Below, one piece after another: positions 62,258 to 64,000 of a stretch of DNA of 64,000 nucleotides. Numbering within the stretch: the stretch's first letter is position 1; each line of letters starts with the position of its first letter. The notes below the pieces were generated by a model. That model was not told the DNA's origin. It was given only the letters and a program-made list of their open reading frames with translations, and made no database searches. A program made the translations under genes and the position numbers. Source of the DNA: Microbacterium sp. (GTDB taxonomy: Bacteria; Actinomycetota; Actinomycetes; Actinomycetales; Microbacteriaceae); the NCBI RefSeq assembly GCF_046295495.1, contig NZ_JBKBNC010000008.1:813-64812 (forward strand). The letters run 5' to 3'.

Positions 62258-63478
62258 TCAGACACCGCCGTTGCGGCGCTTGTTGAAGATGTCGAACGCG
62301 ACGGCCAGCAACAGCACGATGCCCTTGATCGCCATCTGCCAGGCCGCGTCAACGCTCAGGATCGACAGCCCCATGTTCAGCACGCCCATCACCAGGCCGC
62401 CGACGACCGCACCCACGACGGTGCCGATGCCGCCCTGCACGGCCGCGCCGCCGATGAACACCGCGGCGATGGCGTCCAGTTCGTAGTTCTGACCGGCGGA
62501 TGCCACGGCTCCACCGGCGCGCGCGGTGCTGACCACCGCGGCCAGGCCCGCGAGCACGCCCATGTTGACGAAGATGAAGAAGTTGACCCACTTCGTCTTC
62601 ACACCGCTCATCACGGCGGCGAACAGGTTGCCGCCCATCGCGTAGATGTGGCGACCGAAGGTCGTGCGGTTGAGCACGAACGTGTACGCCAGCACGAGCA
62701 CGGCGAGGATGATCAGAACGATCGGGGTGCCGTTGTAGGCGGCGATCGTGAACGCCACCGCCATGACCGCGACGACCGCGATGGCGTTCTTGAGCCAGAA
62801 CGACCAGGCGAGCTCGCGGGGGAGCTCGAGGCGGCGCAGCGTCGCGCGCGTGCGCAGCTGCTGGACGATCAGCAGGACGCACGCGATCGCGCCGAGCACG
62901 AGGGTGAGGGCGTCCCAGTTTCCGAGGTAGCCGAGGAACGGCGGCAACCACCCGGCGCCGATCGCGGTGAAGCCGTCGGGCAGGCCGCTGATCGTGCCGC
63001 CGGTGAGGAGCACGAGGGTGAGGCCGCGGAAGAGCAGCATGCCGGCGAGGGTGACGATGAACGCGGGTATGCCGACAAAGGCGACCCAGAAGCCCTGCCA
63101 CGCGCCGACCACGGCGCCGACGACGAGCGAGAGGACCACGGCGACGTACCAGGGCAGGCCCCATTGGTTCATGGCGATCGCGGCGATCGCGCCGACCATG
63201 GCCACGACCGAGCCGACCGACAGGTCGATGTGGCCGGCGATGATGACCATCACCATGCCGATCGCGAGGATCAGCACGTAGGCGTTCTGCTGGATGAGGT
63301 TGTTGACGTTGCCCGGCATGAGCAGGCGCCCGCCCGTGAGCACCTGGAACAGCACGATGATGATGACGAGGGCGGCGAGGATGCCGAACTGACGGAAGTT
63401 GATGCGCGCGAGCAGGCCGCGACGCCGCGGCCCCGGCTGCGTGGGCGCGTCGACCGTCTGGGTGGATGCGGTGGCCAT
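62258..63478 (-). CDS. Monosaccharide (xylose/multiple-sugar type) ABC transporter permease
   Basis: 406-aa ORF of the XylH/MmsB-like family. Motifs GHIDLSVGSV and FGRHIYAMGGN. Confidence 0.85.
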   Translation of the reverse strand: MATASTQTVDAPTQPGPRRRGLLARINFRQFGILAALVIIIVLFQVLTGGRLLMPGNVNNLIQQNAYVLILAIGMVMVIIAGHIDLSVGSVVAMVGAIAAIAMNQWGLPWYVAVVLSLVVGAVVGAWQGFWVAFVGIPAFIVTLAGMLLFRGLTLVLLTGGTISGLPDGFTAIGAGWLPPFLGYLGNWDALTLVLGAIACVLLIVQQLRTRATLRRLELPRELAWSFWLKNAIAVVAVMAVAFTIAAYNGTPIVLIILAVLVLAYTFVLNRTTFGRHIYAMGGNLFAAVMSGVKTKWVNFFIFVNMGVLAGLAAVVSTARAGGAVASAGQNYELDAIAAVFIGGAAVQGGIGTVVGAVVGGLVMGVLNMGLSILSVDAAWQMAIKGIVLLLAVAFDIFNKRRNGGV

Positions 63479-63483
63479 GTGTG

Positions 63484-64000
63484 TCAGTTCCTTCCGGCGG
63501 TCATGTGCCGCATGAGGGTCTCCTGGGTGGCGTCGTCACGGCTGACCTCGGCCGTGATGCGCCCCTCGGAGATGGTGTAGATGCGGTCGGAGAGGCCGAT
63601 GACCTCGGGCAGCTCCGACGAGATGACGATGACGGCCTTGCCCTGGGCCGCGAGTTCGTTGATGATCCCGTAGATCTCGTACTTCGCCCCGACGTCGATG
63701 CCGCGGGTGGGCTCGTCGAGGATCAGCACGTCGGGGCCGGTGAACATCCACTTCGACAGCACGACCTTCTGCTGGTTGCCGCCGGAGAGGCGCCCCGTGA
63801 TCGCGGCGACGCTGGGGGCCTTGATGTTCATTTTGTAGCGGTACGAATCGGCGACCTTGTACTCGCGGTAGCGGTCGACGACGCCCAGACGCGCCAGGCG
63901 CGACAGAGCGGATGCCGAGACGTTGACCTGGATGTCGCCGATGAGGTTGAGCCCGTACTTCTTGCGGTCCTCGGTGGCGTACGCGATGCCGTGCTTGATG
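63484..64000 (-). CDS. Sugar ABC transporter ATP-binding protein (partial, C-terminal second NBD; continues beyond window end)
   Basis: Own translation extends the track ORF upstream: ...[19 protein letters not shown]...[14 protein letters not shown]...[15 protein letters not shown]. Confidence 0.85.
   Translation of the reverse strand, partial: IKHGIAYATEDRKKYGLNLIGDIQVNVSASALSRLARLGVVDRYREYKVADSYRYKMNIKAPSVAAITGRLSGGNQQKVVLSKWMFTGPDVLILDEPTRGIDVGAKYEIYGIINELAAQGKAVIVISSELPEVIGLSDRIYTISEGRITAEVSRDDATQETLMRHMTAGRN

Overview
High-GC (roughly 70% by eye) actinobacterial chromosomal segment. Gene content and protein sequences look Microbacteriaceae/Microbacterium-like, but the taxon is inference only. 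I call about 62 densely packed protein-coding genes, many joined by 4-nt ATGA/GTGA/TTGA start-stop overlaps. In order, the window holds: (1) the 5' two-thirds of a DEAD-box RNA helicase gene with a repeat-rich N-terminal extension; (2) an ABM-domain protein, an aldose epimerase and a membrane protein with a disordered tail; (3) an RND efflux permease; (4) a Rho_N / type IB topoisomerase / crcB-crcB string; (5) a DUF4097-PadR module; (6) dispersed purine genes (purM-purF-MFS, purD, purC, purS-purQ); (7) a LacI-linked sugar-acid cluster (Zn-dehydrogenase, UxuB-like reductase, ManD, KdgK, Eda, MFS) matching the published L-gulonate/L-idonate route; (8) BCCT, NCS2, NhaA and DHA2 transporters; (9) MarR, MerR(TipA-like), PadR, GntR and ROK regulators; (10) a CebR-type cellobiose ABC + GH1 operon with three near-canonical CebR boxes; (11) a GntR-cupin-flavoprotein-2-hydroxyacid dehydrogenase cluster sitting where purL usually follows purQ; (12) a Wzx/Wzy glycan cluster; (13) a partial xylose-type ABC transporter. 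I found no rRNA, tRNA, CRISPR array, transposase, integrase or phage genes. I did not find a convincing defence-type or clearly new multi-gene system. The most unusual signals are non-coding or sub-genic: two paralogous 84-nt hairpin elements upstream of purD; a perfectly duplicated 78-nt coding repeat in the helicase N-terminus; a nested inverted repeat upstream of that gene; a low-GC structured leader before an unknown membrane protein; a triple ATAAACGCT motif upstream of purS; and a recurrent TANNNT-N6-start-codon (leaderless) architecture. The very long ORFs in the track (about 900-1280 aa) are antisense or out-of-frame shadows typical of high-GC DNA.
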